A stretch of 64,000 bases of DNA, from positions 15,004,001 to 15,068,000 of the forward strand of contig NC_043012.1 of NCBI RefSeq assembly GCF_006345805.1, written 5' to 3'. Source of the DNA: Octopus sinensis. Lineage: Eukaryota. Below the pieces are notes generated by a model. That model searched no databases. It worked only from the letters and a program-made list of their open reading frames with translations, and was not told the origin of the DNA. The position numbers and the translations under genes are program-made. Below, piece after piece: positions 50,010 through 62,859 of the stretch. The stretch's first letter is position 1; the number at the start of each line of letters is the position of its first letter.

Positions 50010-51700
50010 CCTGCACTGACAAGGTCACCGAGTACCTTGCAAGACAAAAAAAAACTTACAAGAGGGGAAGGGGCATTGGAGGAAGTGATCTTGTGTTGGA
50101 TGATGAAAGGTTATAGTGAGACAGAGACAGAAACAGGTGTCTTGCTTTAGAGGAGGTACAAGGTTGCTCAGCCGGAGATAGAGAGAAAGAGATCGGGAAT
50201 GAAGACAGAAACAGGTGCAGCACCACAAAGGAAATACATGGTTACCCGAACTGAGGGAAGTGCAGAAGGAGAGAGAGAGTGTGAGACAGCAGGATAGAGA
50301 TGGTTGCAAAATGCCAGGCATACTCACTAGGGACGGGGATCAGAATATAAATGGGATTGTTGAGTAAAGGAAGAAAGAGAGATATAGATGGTGGCAAGTG
50401 CCAGGACATACCCTTGAGGTTTGAACGCCATAATATAAGTGACAGGATATTGCAAAGGAAGTGTGATTAAAGGGGGAGTGAGTGGCGAAAACCTGGGTGT
50501 ATATAGAGTTGGTGGGGGTGGGCTACAGGATAGTAGTGATAGATAGGAAGAAGGCCGTGAGGATCGGGGAACGAGAGGCAGGCATGGTGTAAAAAGGAGG
50601 AAGTTTGCAGAAGAGAAGAGATGTGGAGATGTCGATTAGTTTGTTGGGTGAGTGAAAAGTTTTTCTTGTTACATGTGGGTGGAAAACACTGGTAGGGGAC
50701 TAGTGGAGAGCAATGATACAGTGACTCAGGGCCAAGAGGATAGGATTGGGAAGTGAGAGGTAAGCATAGCACATGAAGTGGAAATGTGAGGAAGAGATGT
50801 AGTTTGGTTTGTTGTGGTAGAGTGTGTGAGGAGTTTTCTTGTTAAGTGTGGGTGGGACACAGTGTTTCTAGAACTGAGTTTTTCTGACGTGGGCAGGTTT
50901 TCTCAAGAATGTCATATTGCCAGATATCTCGGTCCTTTGTCATTTCCTCTGTGAGGCCCAACATCCTGGCACCAGTCCTTACCACTTCATCCCACATCTT
51001 CCTGGGTCTCCCTCTTCCGTGGGTACCATCCACTTTCAGTGATTGGCACTTCTTTATGCAGCTGTCTTCATTCATACACATCACATGTCCAAACCAATGT
51101 AGTCTTCTCTCTTGCATGCTACATTTGATTCCTCTTATGCCCAACTTTTCTTTCAATACATTTGCACTTTGTCGTACATGCGCACTGATGTTCCACATTC
51201 AACAGATCATACTACCTTCATTTCTCTCCAGTCTGCACATGTCTTCGGCATTCAGAGCCCATGTCTCACTACCATAGAGTGTAGCTATTTGCACACACAC
51301 ATCATATAGTTTACCTTTCACTCTGAGAGAGAGTGTCCTCTTGTTGCTAACAAAGGTAATAGCTCTCTGAACTTTCTCCATCCAATTCTTATTCTAGAAA
51401 CAATATTTTCAGAGCATCCTCCACCATTGTTAATTTGGTCACCTAGGTAACAGAAACTACCTACAACCTCAAGAGAGCCCCTTCGGCATTTGAGAGAATC
51501 TAAGTTCCATGTGCTCTTGGTGCTTATTGTTCCTGCCCATCTGCCACATACAAAGACTACTTTATCTGTTAATCTACCTGTGATTCCACTGCACCTCTTC
51601 TGTGTCCCTAGTTTACACTGGGTGTAGCGAATGGAATTTCTTCCAACTCCTTTCCTACACATTGAGCAGGGACATTTACTTGACAGAAAAAAAGAGTTTT
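50010..51700 (-). mobile_element. RTE-type LINE remnant (RT C-terminal half with embedded Cys-rich finger, plus long 3'UTR)
   Basis: frameshifted ORFs 51318-51887, 51199-51381 and 50842-51198: FCYLGDQI, LYGSETWAL, ERRLHWFGHV, GRGRPRKMWDEVV. Confidence 0.9.
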
Positions 51701-52775
51701 TATCTTCTTTAAGTTTAATTATATTTCCAAGAGAGGCTGTATACTTATCCATAATCATCTTATTAATTGTACCTAATTGTATCATCTTACTAATTGTACC
51801 TAAGTCTGATTTTGATGAGTATATAAACCTTATACTAGGGTTAGTTCTGAAATTAGGTCTGGGGTCCTTAATGCTAATTCCAGGCATTCTGGGTCCAAAA
51901 GGTTCTCTTTTGTCTGCTACCTTATATGTCTGGCTATTAAGATTCTTCTTCTTCTTCTTCTTCGGTTGTTGCTGTTTGTTACTTTATAGTTCTTGGTTGT
52001 TTCATTCTGAAGAAGTCTAAGACAGTAAGGAATGCTTAAATTATATAGGTTACCCATGTTATCAGCAGGCACCACTACTCATCTTTATTCCTTAGTTCTT
52101 TGGTAATTACGTGAAATTTCCTTAAATGTTCATTTCTACATAGAGGGAATTTCTTAAATTTAATATCCTTTACTATAGACTACAGTTCATCCTTGAATAC
52201 TGTTAAGTACATTCAATTTAACCTTATGTAATAATATTTGAGTCAAAAATTGAATATATTACACTAAGAAATGGTATCAGGGTAAGGAATGCACGATTAC
52301 CCTGTTTATCATAGAATTTATTACCCCAATTAAGTACAAAGTGCAATTCCATTGGATTTAATAAAGATCATTTTAAAGCTTTCTATTAAGTCTTATTCAA
52401 ACTTTCGAGCAATTGTCAAGTTTCTGGTTTTGATCATAAGTTGTCAACTTGCCAAAAAGTAAAACTGAAAGAAAAATGTTCACAGCTAAAGTAATTCGTC
52501 TGTGTTCGTGCATGTTGCTGCTTCCACTCCGTAACTTGTAATGATCCAAGTAAATACGTTGATTACCCTCAGTGAACTTGTCAAGTTTGCACAATGTTTC
52601 TCAGACATTCTTCACTTATGCAACCCTTTGATTCCTCATTTTCTCAAAGAGACCCTCATAAACATTTGATGCTTATAAAAAATCCTATTATATTTTTATG
52701 GTTTTATAACTAAATATTATTTGGAATTGTATAAAAATTTGTCAAATTTTTTTTTTCATACTGTAGAAGTTTAAA

Positions 52776-53071
52776 GACTCCGCCGGTTATGACGACGAGG
52801 GTCCCAGCTGATACGATCAACGGAACAGCTTGCTCGTGAAATTAACGTGCAAATGGCTGAGCATTCCACAGACACGTGTACCCTTAACGTAGTTCTCGGG
52901 GATAATCAGCGTGACACAGAGAGTGACAAGGCTGACCCTTTGAAATACAAGTACAACTCATTTTTTGCCAGCTGAGTGGACTGGAGCAACGTAAAATAAA
53001 GTGTCTTGCTCAAGGACACAACGCGTCGCTGGGAATCGAACTCACAACCTTACGATCATGAGCCGAATGCC
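52776..53071 (-). mobile_element. Well-preserved tRNA-derived SINE (family of 6029)
   Basis: B-box gagttcgattccc, ttgagcaagacac central domain, tail ccctcgtcgtcataaccggcggagtc. Confidence 0.85.
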
Positions 53072-53821
53072 AGACTGATAAGTGATGAGGTGGCTGGCTG
53101 GTTTTTGAAGTTAGAGTTGCAGATCATGAGATCATTAGCATCATAAAATTCCAGTAGTCTTGTTCCCTCCTCGTTTCTGTAACAAGATGAAGGTCTCAGA
53201 AACACTTGAGGGGTGTCTGTCTTATCTTGTCACAATTGGTGACCTTTAGAAAAACAACAAACATGCCAGCAGGCACATGGTGTCAACACCAATAAAAAGC
53301 AAATGGAAAAAATTGCTCAAAGAAGCGGGCCTTATCCGAAGGCCATGATTGGCTGGCTTTACACAGTGGCACGAAATAAATAGAAAGACAAACTGCGCCA
53401 CATGCCAACCAATCAGATCAGTGGACACAACAGGGACAAACCAGCCAAAGATGGCTGTAACCTCAAACGAGATCGTTCTTATTGTGTTTCTCAAACAGTG
53501 AGGATATCAGATACGCTACATTTCCATGGGGATGCTGTTCAACATGTCCATCGAAGTCACCAGCCACAATAACAAAGTATCTGTCAATTTTCGTTGAGGC
53601 TGTCCTTCTGCTCATCAGTCAGCCCAAACTGGAGCATAGGCAGGGATAAATGTAACTGTTAATTTACCTATGATGAGTCTCATCTTCATTACCCTATCAC
53701 ATACACTCTGACTACCTCAATTACCTTATCTACCCACTTTTCTGCTAACAGCATACCTACACCACCTGCTCCATCCTTTCTGCTGACCCAGAAGAATTTG
53801 AATCTTTGTTATATAAATATA

Positions 53822-53854
<33 letters not shown>

Positions 53855-55309
53855 TTCATGTTACACTAAGAAAATGTGCATGGTACCAGAACATTCTGGT
53901 GTCACTATTTGGTTTGATTTCATTATTACAACTTATATATATGTATGTGTCTACACAGACGCAGACAGAGAGACAGGCAGACAGACAGACACACACGCAT
54001 GTGTGTGTGCACATGCACGCATGTGTGTATGTATATATGTATGCATCACTATATTTGCATTTTGTCTTGGTTTGTGTATATCCCAATAAGTGTTTTGGCA
54101 TAAAAGAGTTTGATAAAATAAGCACCAGGCTTAGAAAAAATACGTATGTATAGGGCTAATTTGTTCAACCAAAGCCCTTAAGTGTGGTGCCCCAGCATGG
54201 CCGTAGTCTGGTGACTGAAACAAATAAAAGGATGGGTTTAAAAGGTTTCACATTTCAAAATACAAAGTGGTATAAGGAAAAAAAGCAAAAGCCATCTAAA
54301 TTTTAACTAAGAAATTAAATCAATGAAAACCTCAGTGTAGATCGGGACCCTGGAGTCTGTTGAGATTTTTGATAAACCAACTTTTATTCTTTGCATACAC
54401 AAAAGAAAAGAGACAAAGGAATGTTGTTGTTACTATGAACAACAAAATGTTGAGAGACATTTTGTTGTTGGTGGTTACAGTAGATAAAGCTTTTGTTTGT
54501 TGTTTGCAGGCGACTGGACATCGTATGTTTTTCAGCCTCTGACTGATCATTGCCTTGTGTGCTTGTGGCAGTGCTTTTCCCAGTGTGTGTGTGTGTATGT
54601 TTGGGATTCTCATTTAATTGTATATATTTTAATTGTTTGTTTATTCATCCGTTTCCGTCTCATTCGATACCCTGACCCCAATGTTTGTTTTGTCTGTCCT
54701 CTCTTTTTCTCAACCTTATGGTGAATAAAGAAATTGACAGGTCATTGCCTTTGTGCTGTCAATTGCTCTCCACCAACTCTGTTGTTGTCCACGAAATCCT
54801 AGTGTGTTGACCTTTATAATAGTTGATAGGCTCAGAATGAAATGCACCAAAGAAGAGATCGTTACAGAAGCTTATTCAAGGTGAAGGTCATGGTTGGCCA
54901 GATTTTGCTGATCATGTGGGTCAATATTCTAGCAAATCGAGACATGGGGCGAAGACTGAATATCCCCGCTACACACTCAAGGCTTTAAGTTTTTCTTTAA
55001 AAGTATGTCATTAGTATTTAAGTACAACAGGGAGTAGAATTAAGCGAAGTGTCAACTTTTTTGTCTCTTCGTTATTTATTATTATTGGCTGATTGTAATG
55101 AAAGATTATCTTTTATTTGTTACTTGCTTCAGGCATTAGATTGTGGCTATGCTGGGGCACTCCCTTGAAGGGTTTAACCAAACAAATCACCCCTCACCAC
55201 CTCCACTACTTCTTTGTAAATTTGGTACTTATTTACCAAATCATTAATTTATGACATCATTTGTCAAATAGTGGTGGGGGACAAATACAACACAAACAAT
55301 CACACACAC

Positions 55310-55444
55310 ACATCATCATCATCGTCGTCATCATCGTCCTCATCATCATCCTGTTTGGGTATGGTTTCTATCGCTTGATACCCTTCCTAACATCAACCAT
55401 TTTACAGACTGTTCTGGATGTTTTTTACATGGCACCAGTGCTTT

Positions 55445-55476
<32 letters not shown>

Positions 55477-55626
55477 CACACACACACACACACATCATCA
55501 TCATCGTCGTCATCATCGTCCTCATCATCATCCTGTTTGGGTATGGTTTCTATCGCTTGATACCCTTCCTAACATCAACCATTTTACAGACTGTTCTGGA
55601 TGTTTTTTACATGGCACCAGTGCTTT

Positions 55627-55668
<42 letters not shown>

Positions 55669-55680
55669 CACACACATATA
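55310..55680. repeat. 182-bp tandem duplication bounded by (CA)n
   Basis: ctgtttgggtatgg at 55351 and 55533; units identical apart from microsatellite length. Confidence 0.9.
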
Positions 55681-55826
55681 TATATATATATATATACAAA
55701 ATGAGAAAATGGAGAAACATACCTAAATCAATCATCAACCATCAGATAATACCCAATCAATACTTTATTAAACCATTACACAACAGTAATGACATTATAC
55801 ATAATATATTACAAATATAACTAGAC

Positions 55827-55925
<99 letters not shown>

Positions 55926-56035
55926 TCATCATCATCATCGTTTAGCGTCCGTTTTCCATGCTAGCATGGGTTGGACAGTTCTACTGGGGTCTGTGAAGCC
56001 AGAAGGCTTCATCAGGCCCAGTCAAATCTGGCAGT

Positions 56036-56067
<32 letters not shown>

Positions 56068-56171
56068 AGAATTTTAAAAAAGAACTACTAATAGAAACAT
56101 ACCATAGAGACACAGTAATTTGGCAGATTTATATATCATGCAATGTACCGCCATGCAAGTTCAGTACATAC

Positions 56172-56203
56172 CATTAGACCTATTTGAAAACCAGGATGCT
56201 GGT
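56172..56203 (-). CDS. Candidate 32-nt exon, possibly of gene X
   Basis: long polypyrimidine tract + ctcaaAG, G|GTATGT donor; two open frames (PASWFSNRSN or DQHPGFQIGLM). Confidence 0.3.
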
Positions 56204-57759
56204 CTTTGAGAAAACATGGAGGAAAAAAAAGCCAGAAGGTTTAAGCAAAAAGTAGAACAAAAAAAAAAGAAAACAAATGTAAGAAAACCCCTTTGTCTGT
56301 AGAAATCTTAATTGATCTAGCTGGTGTAGAATAATGTAAGGGAGAGGAGGCCAAAGTCTGTGGGATATCTACTCAGGGCGAAGTGGGTGCTGTCCTCCAG
56401 TTCAGTTTGTAGTTAAAAGATTGCACTTTTGTTTTTTGAGGTCCAAGAATTCCAGCACCTTAATTAATTCCAGATTTAAAAGTTTTAGCAAATGCCAGCG
56501 CATGGACAAAGTTCTTTTGTCAAACTGTCGGATAACACCCTCTCTGGACTGAGTAGCTATCTCAGAGATGACTCTGCTGGTGTGGTCATGTAATACACAT
56601 GGACAAAGACAGCTGTGCAAAGAAGTGCTGAATTATAACAGCGGAGGAAAACTGTGGAAGAGGTAGACCCAAGAAGACACGAAACAAGATGGTGAAATAA
56701 ACAGTCAATCATCAAAATTTTGAAGCAACAAGGTAACTTGATCGACTCAAAATATCATTATCCTTAATTACAAACAGCAGCTTTATCATCATCATCATCG
56801 TTTAATGTCTGTTTTCCATGCTAGCATGGGTTGGATGGTTCAAACAGGGTCTGGAAAGCCAGGAGGCTGCACCAGGCTCCAATCTGATCTGGCAAAGTTT
56901 CTACAGCTGGATGCCCTCCCTAACGCCAACCGCTCCATGAGTGTAGTGGGTGCTTTTTACGTGACACCGGCACTGGCACAAGTGCCAGGGGAGGCTGGCA
57001 ATGGCCACAATCGGTTGGTGGTTTTTACTTGCCACCAACACGGAAGCCAGTCAAGGCGGCATTGGCATTGGGGCGGCGCTATACCAATTTATTTTTGTTG
57101 GGGAATGTCTGGTTTGAAATTATTTTTTGTTGAAACCTGTCAAATTTACTGAGGTAATACAACTTGCAGAAACTACCAATTCCATTTTTTTTTTTTTTGG
57201 TAGATATTTAACAGTTACTGGAATAACTAAGATTTAAATTTGCAGTTAAAAGATTGAGAACAGAGCTTTTGATGCAAGAAAAATTAGTTGTAAATATAAA
57301 TATATGTAGAAAGAGTTTTTTTGTAAAGTAGCCATCTCAACAACGAGAAACAATTTGGGAGAATGAAATATTTGAACAAAGCAACTCACTTTAAACCAGG
57401 AAAACAAGCTGTGACTTGTGAAGTAGGAAACAATTATAAAAAAGAGAGAAGCAAAACAGAAATATGATTAGCCTTCTTTGATACAGTAGTATGTTTAGCT
57501 GTAAGAAGAATTCAGTGATGTCCACTGTCCTACATTAAGCTGTTAACTTCACTTTATCAAATAGCGGCCAATAAATGTTTCTTTTTTTTTTTTTTCATAT
57601 AAAATTACATAATGTAAGCAAGTAAAAGGTAGGAGAGAGCAAGAGATGAGAGGGGGGGGGGGAATAAAAAGAGAAACAGACAATAATATCATTTATCTTT
57701 TACTTGTTTCAGTCATTAGATTGTGGCCATGCTGGGGCACCACCTTGAAGAGTTTAGCT

Positions 57760-58078
57760 CAGTGGTTCTCAACTGGGGTTCATATGGCCCCTGAGATAGA
57801 GCATATGAAATTTTGGGGGTCCACGCAACAAAAGAATAAATTAGAGATCCCCAGTAGTGCTTTAAGGGCCCTAGAAAAAATTTTGCTTTAGATGTATGGC
57901 AAGAAACAGCTAGGTTTACATGGTTCAACCTAAAGTGAGTGTGGGGAAAACAAAATAGGGATTTTGAAAGGAAATTCTTTAAAACTAGTTTTTTTAGACA
58001 TCAAATAATTATGAGAGTCCACCAGAATAAAATAGTAGTCAAAGGGGTTTATAAATAAAAAATGGTTGAGAACTCCTG
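57760..58078. mobile_element. hAT (Charlie-like) MITE inserted in a SINE
   Basis: TIR cagtggttctcaac / gttgagaactcctg (12/14); 8-bp TSD gtttagct 57752-57759 and gtttagcc 58079-58086; host SINE continues on both sides. Confidence 0.88.
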
Positions 58079-58447
58079 GTTTAGCCAAACTAATTAACCC
58101 CAGTATTCATGTTTTAAAAGTCTGGTACTTATTCTACCAGTCTCTCTCATTGAATAGCTAACCAACACTAACTGTAAAGTGGTAGGTGAGACAAACACAC
58201 ACACACACACACACAAACACATGCATATATTTAAATATATACAATAGTCTTAGACACAAGATTCATCTTCTAAATTCACTTACAAGTCATAGATCAACCC
58301 AGGGCTATAGTAGAAGGCAATTGCCCAAGGTATTGCACAATGGAACTGAACCCAAAGCCATGTGATTGCAAAGTAAGCCTTATAACCACATGCACACACA
58401 CACACACACACTCTATATACATACACACACACACACACACATATATC

Positions 58448-59206
58448 CAGTATAACCAACTTAATGCTAGCAGTAATGCTACACATAGATCTAGGACTAG
58501 GAAAGTTTTGTGGTTTAACCCAGCTTTCAATATGACCGTATAAACAAATATAGGTAGGGAATTCTTAAAAATAGCCTCTAGACATTTTCAACCTGACCAT
58601 AAGTTTTATTTAATAGAAGAACGCTTAAGATCAGCTATTCTTGCTGCAAAAACTTCGCCTCTTTAATTAACCAACACAACAGTAGGATAACTGCTAATAA
58701 TCATAGTGCCAATTCTCTTCTTAAAAATTGTAATTGCAAAGATGGGTCCTCCTGTCCGTTGAAAGGAAAATGTCTGGAGAAAGGAATCGCATATAGAGCC
58801 AAGGTGTAGATAGAAGCTCACACAAATACAGAACATACAGGGGCTTCTGAAAATTCTTTCAAAATCCGTTTTTATTCGCATAAAAATTCCTTCAGATACC
58901 CCAAAAATAGGATGAAGATCAGCCTGGCAAAATTTGTCTGGGAATTAAAAGAAAAAGAAGCCCGACCTGGGAATTAAAAGAAAAAGAAGCCCGACCTTCA
59001 ACGTGACATGGAGTATTTTGGATAGAGCTGCACCTTACAGGCATGGTGCACATAAAAGACCCATCAAATGTGATTTATGCCTACTGGAAAAATATTTCAT
59101 TTTATTCCAGGACAATAACTCTTTAAATCAAAGATGCGAACTCTTGAATTCCTCTAGACACGCAGCTAAATTTAAAATGTCGGCTAGCAATATACCATAT
59201 GGATAG
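58448..59206 (+). pseudogene. Penelope-like element (Neptune-type) ORF remnant: RT C-terminus, Cys-rich linker, GIY-YIG endonuclease
   Basis: RTRKVLWFNPAF..TNIGREFLKI, KISYSC, CNCKDGSSCPLKGKCLEKGIAY, KFVWELK, WSILDRAAPY...CDLCLLEKYFIL...LNQRCELLNSSRH; internal stops and a 29-bp tandem duplication (58938-58995). Confidence 0.9.
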
Positions 59207-60004
59207 TGTATATTTTTGATTCTTGGACTAGTTTTTCATCTCATTGTTGGATTTGTTTCTTATTATACATGATTTATTTTATTTCATTTTATTGTATTTT
59301 ATAAGCCCATTTTAACCGTTTAATTTATAGATAATTCGATATAGGGTGTTCTATTTTGCAGGTTTTTTCACCTGAATTTTATTATTATGCACTCAGCAAG
59401 TTTTTTTCTTAAATAATGTTGTTTGTATATATACGTCAGGACCTAGACATGCTTTTATGTGGATGTTTGTATTGTTGGCATGCATATGTATTCGTATGTA
59501 TGCGCCTATGTATATGTGTAAGTAAGCGTGTATGTTTGTACTTGTGCACATACATGGATGTGTGTGTATTCAGGTATTCACTTGGATTTGTATGGATGTG
59601 TATTTACATACTTATTTCCATATATTTATATATGTGTATTTATTGCTAATATACACTTTTATATACACATGTATATGTAATTTTATTTTGTGTTCGTTCG
59701 TTACACATATTCAGCCTCCTATCTTTCTTTCTTCCTTTCTTTTCCTCCCTTAAGCAAAAGTACGCCCCCCCCATTCGTTACTTGTAAAGAGTCCTTTAAC
59801 TTTGCGAGGCATCTCTCCTTCGCTAACTGTTACATATAAGACCCTTCCCTTTTCTGTTTCTTTCCCCCTCTCTGCCTTTTACTTCTCGTCTATTTTTGCA
59901 TGCGAGCAAGATTGCATACATACGTATATGTGTATTTGTGTGTGTATTTACGTCTTACATATATGTCTGCATATGTATGTAGTCTGTGTATATCCATCTG
60001 TGTA

Positions 60005-60376
60005 TCTCTCTCTATATAAACGGCAGTTTGTCTGTGCGTTTTCTGTGTGTCTGTTTTCTCGTACCCTCACTCTGACTACGGCTTTCAACCGATTCTGATG
60101 AAACTTGACACACACATAGCCCAATGTCATAATTCAAAACTAACGCAGCGAAAATTTTGAAAAGTTCCCCCAGTTCTGAAAAAAATCGATAAATTCGACA
60201 TGGGGTCGAGAATCAGAAACCCAAACCACAGACCGTCTAGGGGACGCAACTCCACCTTTTTTAACTCTAAAAAAAAATTTACCATCATTTTTTTTCCATT
60301 TTTTGCTATAACTCTCTAAAAATGCTTTATAGTTATTTCCCTTACAAACCTGAGCAACGCCGGGCGATACTGCTAG
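60005..60376 (+). mobile_element. Non-autonomous Helitron-like element (short form)
   Basis: A|TC...CTAG|T; hairpin cctgagcaacgccggg 60349-60364; 5' part nearly identical to 25056. Confidence 0.85.
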
Positions 60377-60761
60377 TATATATATACATTGATGGTTTAG
60401 TGGGCGTATATACTGTTGTAAAATATTTATGTAATGCAGCGTGAAAATTTTAATTTTTAACGTATTAATTGTATTAATCGAATTTCATATATAATTATTG
60501 GCAATATGTATTTTGAATCCGCTCTTTGATTTAAGGTTTTTCCTCGATTTTTATAATAGAGTGAATTTATATTGAATTCATTTACTTGGTTGTGTCTGGG
60601 GAGAGTCATTTTCTTTTTGTGCCTTATAATGTAACACACACACCGGTATTTTGTTTATTTTGTTTATTGCATGCTTAAGACCGTTATTTGAAAGGGCCAA
60701 TGAAAAAAATCCATTTTTAAAGGTGTATCCTTTAACTAGTTTTGATCTGTTCTATTTTAAT

Positions 60762-60808
60762 AAAACTGTCCGACGAACGGGAACATGAAACTCTGAGTAA
60801 CAGCTTTT
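60762..60808 (+). ncRNA. Type-I hammerhead ribozyme-like motif downstream of the Penelope ORF
   Basis: AAAACUGU-CCGACGA-ACG-GGAA-CAU-GAA-ACUC-U-GAGU-A/ACAG-C-UUUU; stem I 4+4 bp, GNRA-capped stem II with one CpG-type lesion, GUA cleavage triplet, U4C. Confidence 0.7.
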
Positions 60809-60904
60809 GTTATATTTCTGCTGCTTTTAAATGAAGTATATTACTCTACCTCTGGTATCTGAGTACTCTTTTTTCCAACTTGTTTCACATTTATGTGCTT
60901 ACTC

Positions 60905-61037
60905 CGGTATGTATGTATGCATGTATGTATGTATGTATGTATGTATGTATGTATGTATGTATTATGTATGTATGTATGTATGTATGTATGTATGTATGTA
61001 TGTATGTATGCATGCATGCATGCATGCATGCATGCAT
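60905..61037. repeat. (TATG)n grading into palindromic (CATG)n microsatellite
   Basis: direct reading. Confidence 0.95.
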
Positions 61038-61869
61038 GTGGGGGGGGTTGAAGGATGGAAGGAACCCAGTACAACCTGTTACATGGTCGAGCTGTCGGCA
61101 ACTAAACCGGCAACCCCACCAAGCTTGCTTGGTGAGGAGGGTGTTTATTGGACACCCTGCGGGATGAAAAACAAAACCCGTCAAAGGGCGGAGGAATCCT
61201 TAGGAGTCAACAGTCATCCAATATATGTGTAATTTTTTTTCTTTAAGGCTTAAGGCTGTGTCATGTGCGGGGACATAGAAATAATCGGACTGAATACCCG
61301 ATCGCGTGGTTAAACCATTGGGAGTGAAGGACTCCTAGCCCTTGTTAGGGCATCCTTCTAGCAGAAGGTAACTCAGGTAACTGGGATAACTCCGACATAA
61401 AACGTACGGCTCAGTGGTTACCGATGATGTTGACTTGTTCTTCTTTTCGGATTATGGCTGCTGTTGCTCAGTGAGTGGGATTGACTCAGTGCATAGCCTT
61501 TCCTCACTTTAAAAAAAATCTTGCACAGGCATTGCACGATAACAACATTGTTCATGATTGTTGATGGTGCTGTGAGTCTCTACTGAATGGCTAGCTGTAG
61601 CCTTAAAAAGCAAATAAAATGTCACATTAGATCACAGCACCAATAACAGTTAAGCCTCGTGCAATGGCCATACTCGATAATGAGGAGCAGCCATCATATA
61701 TATATATATATTAAACATCATCATCATTGTTTAACGTTTGGTTTCCATGCTTGCATGGGTTGGATGGTTTGACTGAGGTCTGGAGAACCAGCGGCTGCAC
61801 AAGACTCCACAGCTGGATGTCCTTCCTAACACCAGCCATTCTGCAAGTGTAGTGGGTGCTTTTATATAT

Positions 61870-61953
<84 letters not shown>

Positions 61954-62030
61954 ATAGATAGATAGATATATATATACACATACACACATGCACTTCATTT
62001 TAGCATTATAATTATTATTTTAGTTTCTCT

Positions 62031-62075
62031 CTCAAAGCTCTTTCGTCACACATCCTGTGACCTCTTCAGCAACTC
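62031..62075 (-). ncRNA. Hammerhead core-like motif (stems I and III unresolved)
   Basis: CUGAAGA-G-GUCACA-GGAUG-UGUGAC-GAAA: intact core and perfect 6-bp stem II. Confidence 0.4.
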
Positions 62076-62350
62076 TTTATCCCATGTGTCACCTCTTGTT
62101 CTTCTTATTCCATTTTGTCATTCTGTCAAGAGCAGACACATGGGATGAGGAGTCATTGAAGAGGTTACAGGAAGTTTGATAAAAGAACTTTGACAAAGAA
62201 CCTAAAATAATGATAATAATAAAGCTGAAGTGAAGGCCAAATATGCAGTTTGTGTGTTTAAGTGTCAAAATATGACCATCCCCAAGCAAAACAATATCTG
62301 TTTCAAAACATGATTTCTCATCAAGAATCTTGCAAAACAGATACATAAAG

Positions 62351-62448
<98 letters not shown>

Positions 62449-62594
62449 GTATAATATGTATGTAGGTAGGGTAAAATCCCAGCTGTTTCCTCTTGGAGCA
62501 CATCTGTTTATTCCATTATTACAATCCAATGTGTTGTTGCTGTTGTTGTGTATGTATCAGTATGTATATGTGCACATGAATGTGTATGTGTACA

Positions 62595-62639
<45 letters not shown>

Positions 62640-62859
62640 ATGTATATCTATATCTCTTCTTTCTTTCCTTTCCTGAGTGTGCAATAACACTATATTTGTT
62701 CCACATCCTCGCGTTGTTGTGTTTTCATGTCTGGATTAACTATATATATGTGTGTGTGTGTGTCTGTGTATTTTCATTGTAAAGAATCCAATTCTTTGCA
62801 CTCCACAGATCCATCCTCTTTCACTGAATGCTTCAAACGATGCAGTAGAACTCTCGGTT

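Noticed and set aside
52397-52594. Minus-strand ORF/exon candidates
   Set aside because: Splice phases are inconsistent and there is no recognisable homology.
53580-53625. Minus-strand CUGAUGA...GAAA motif
   Set aside because: No clean stem II, and G at the cleavage position.
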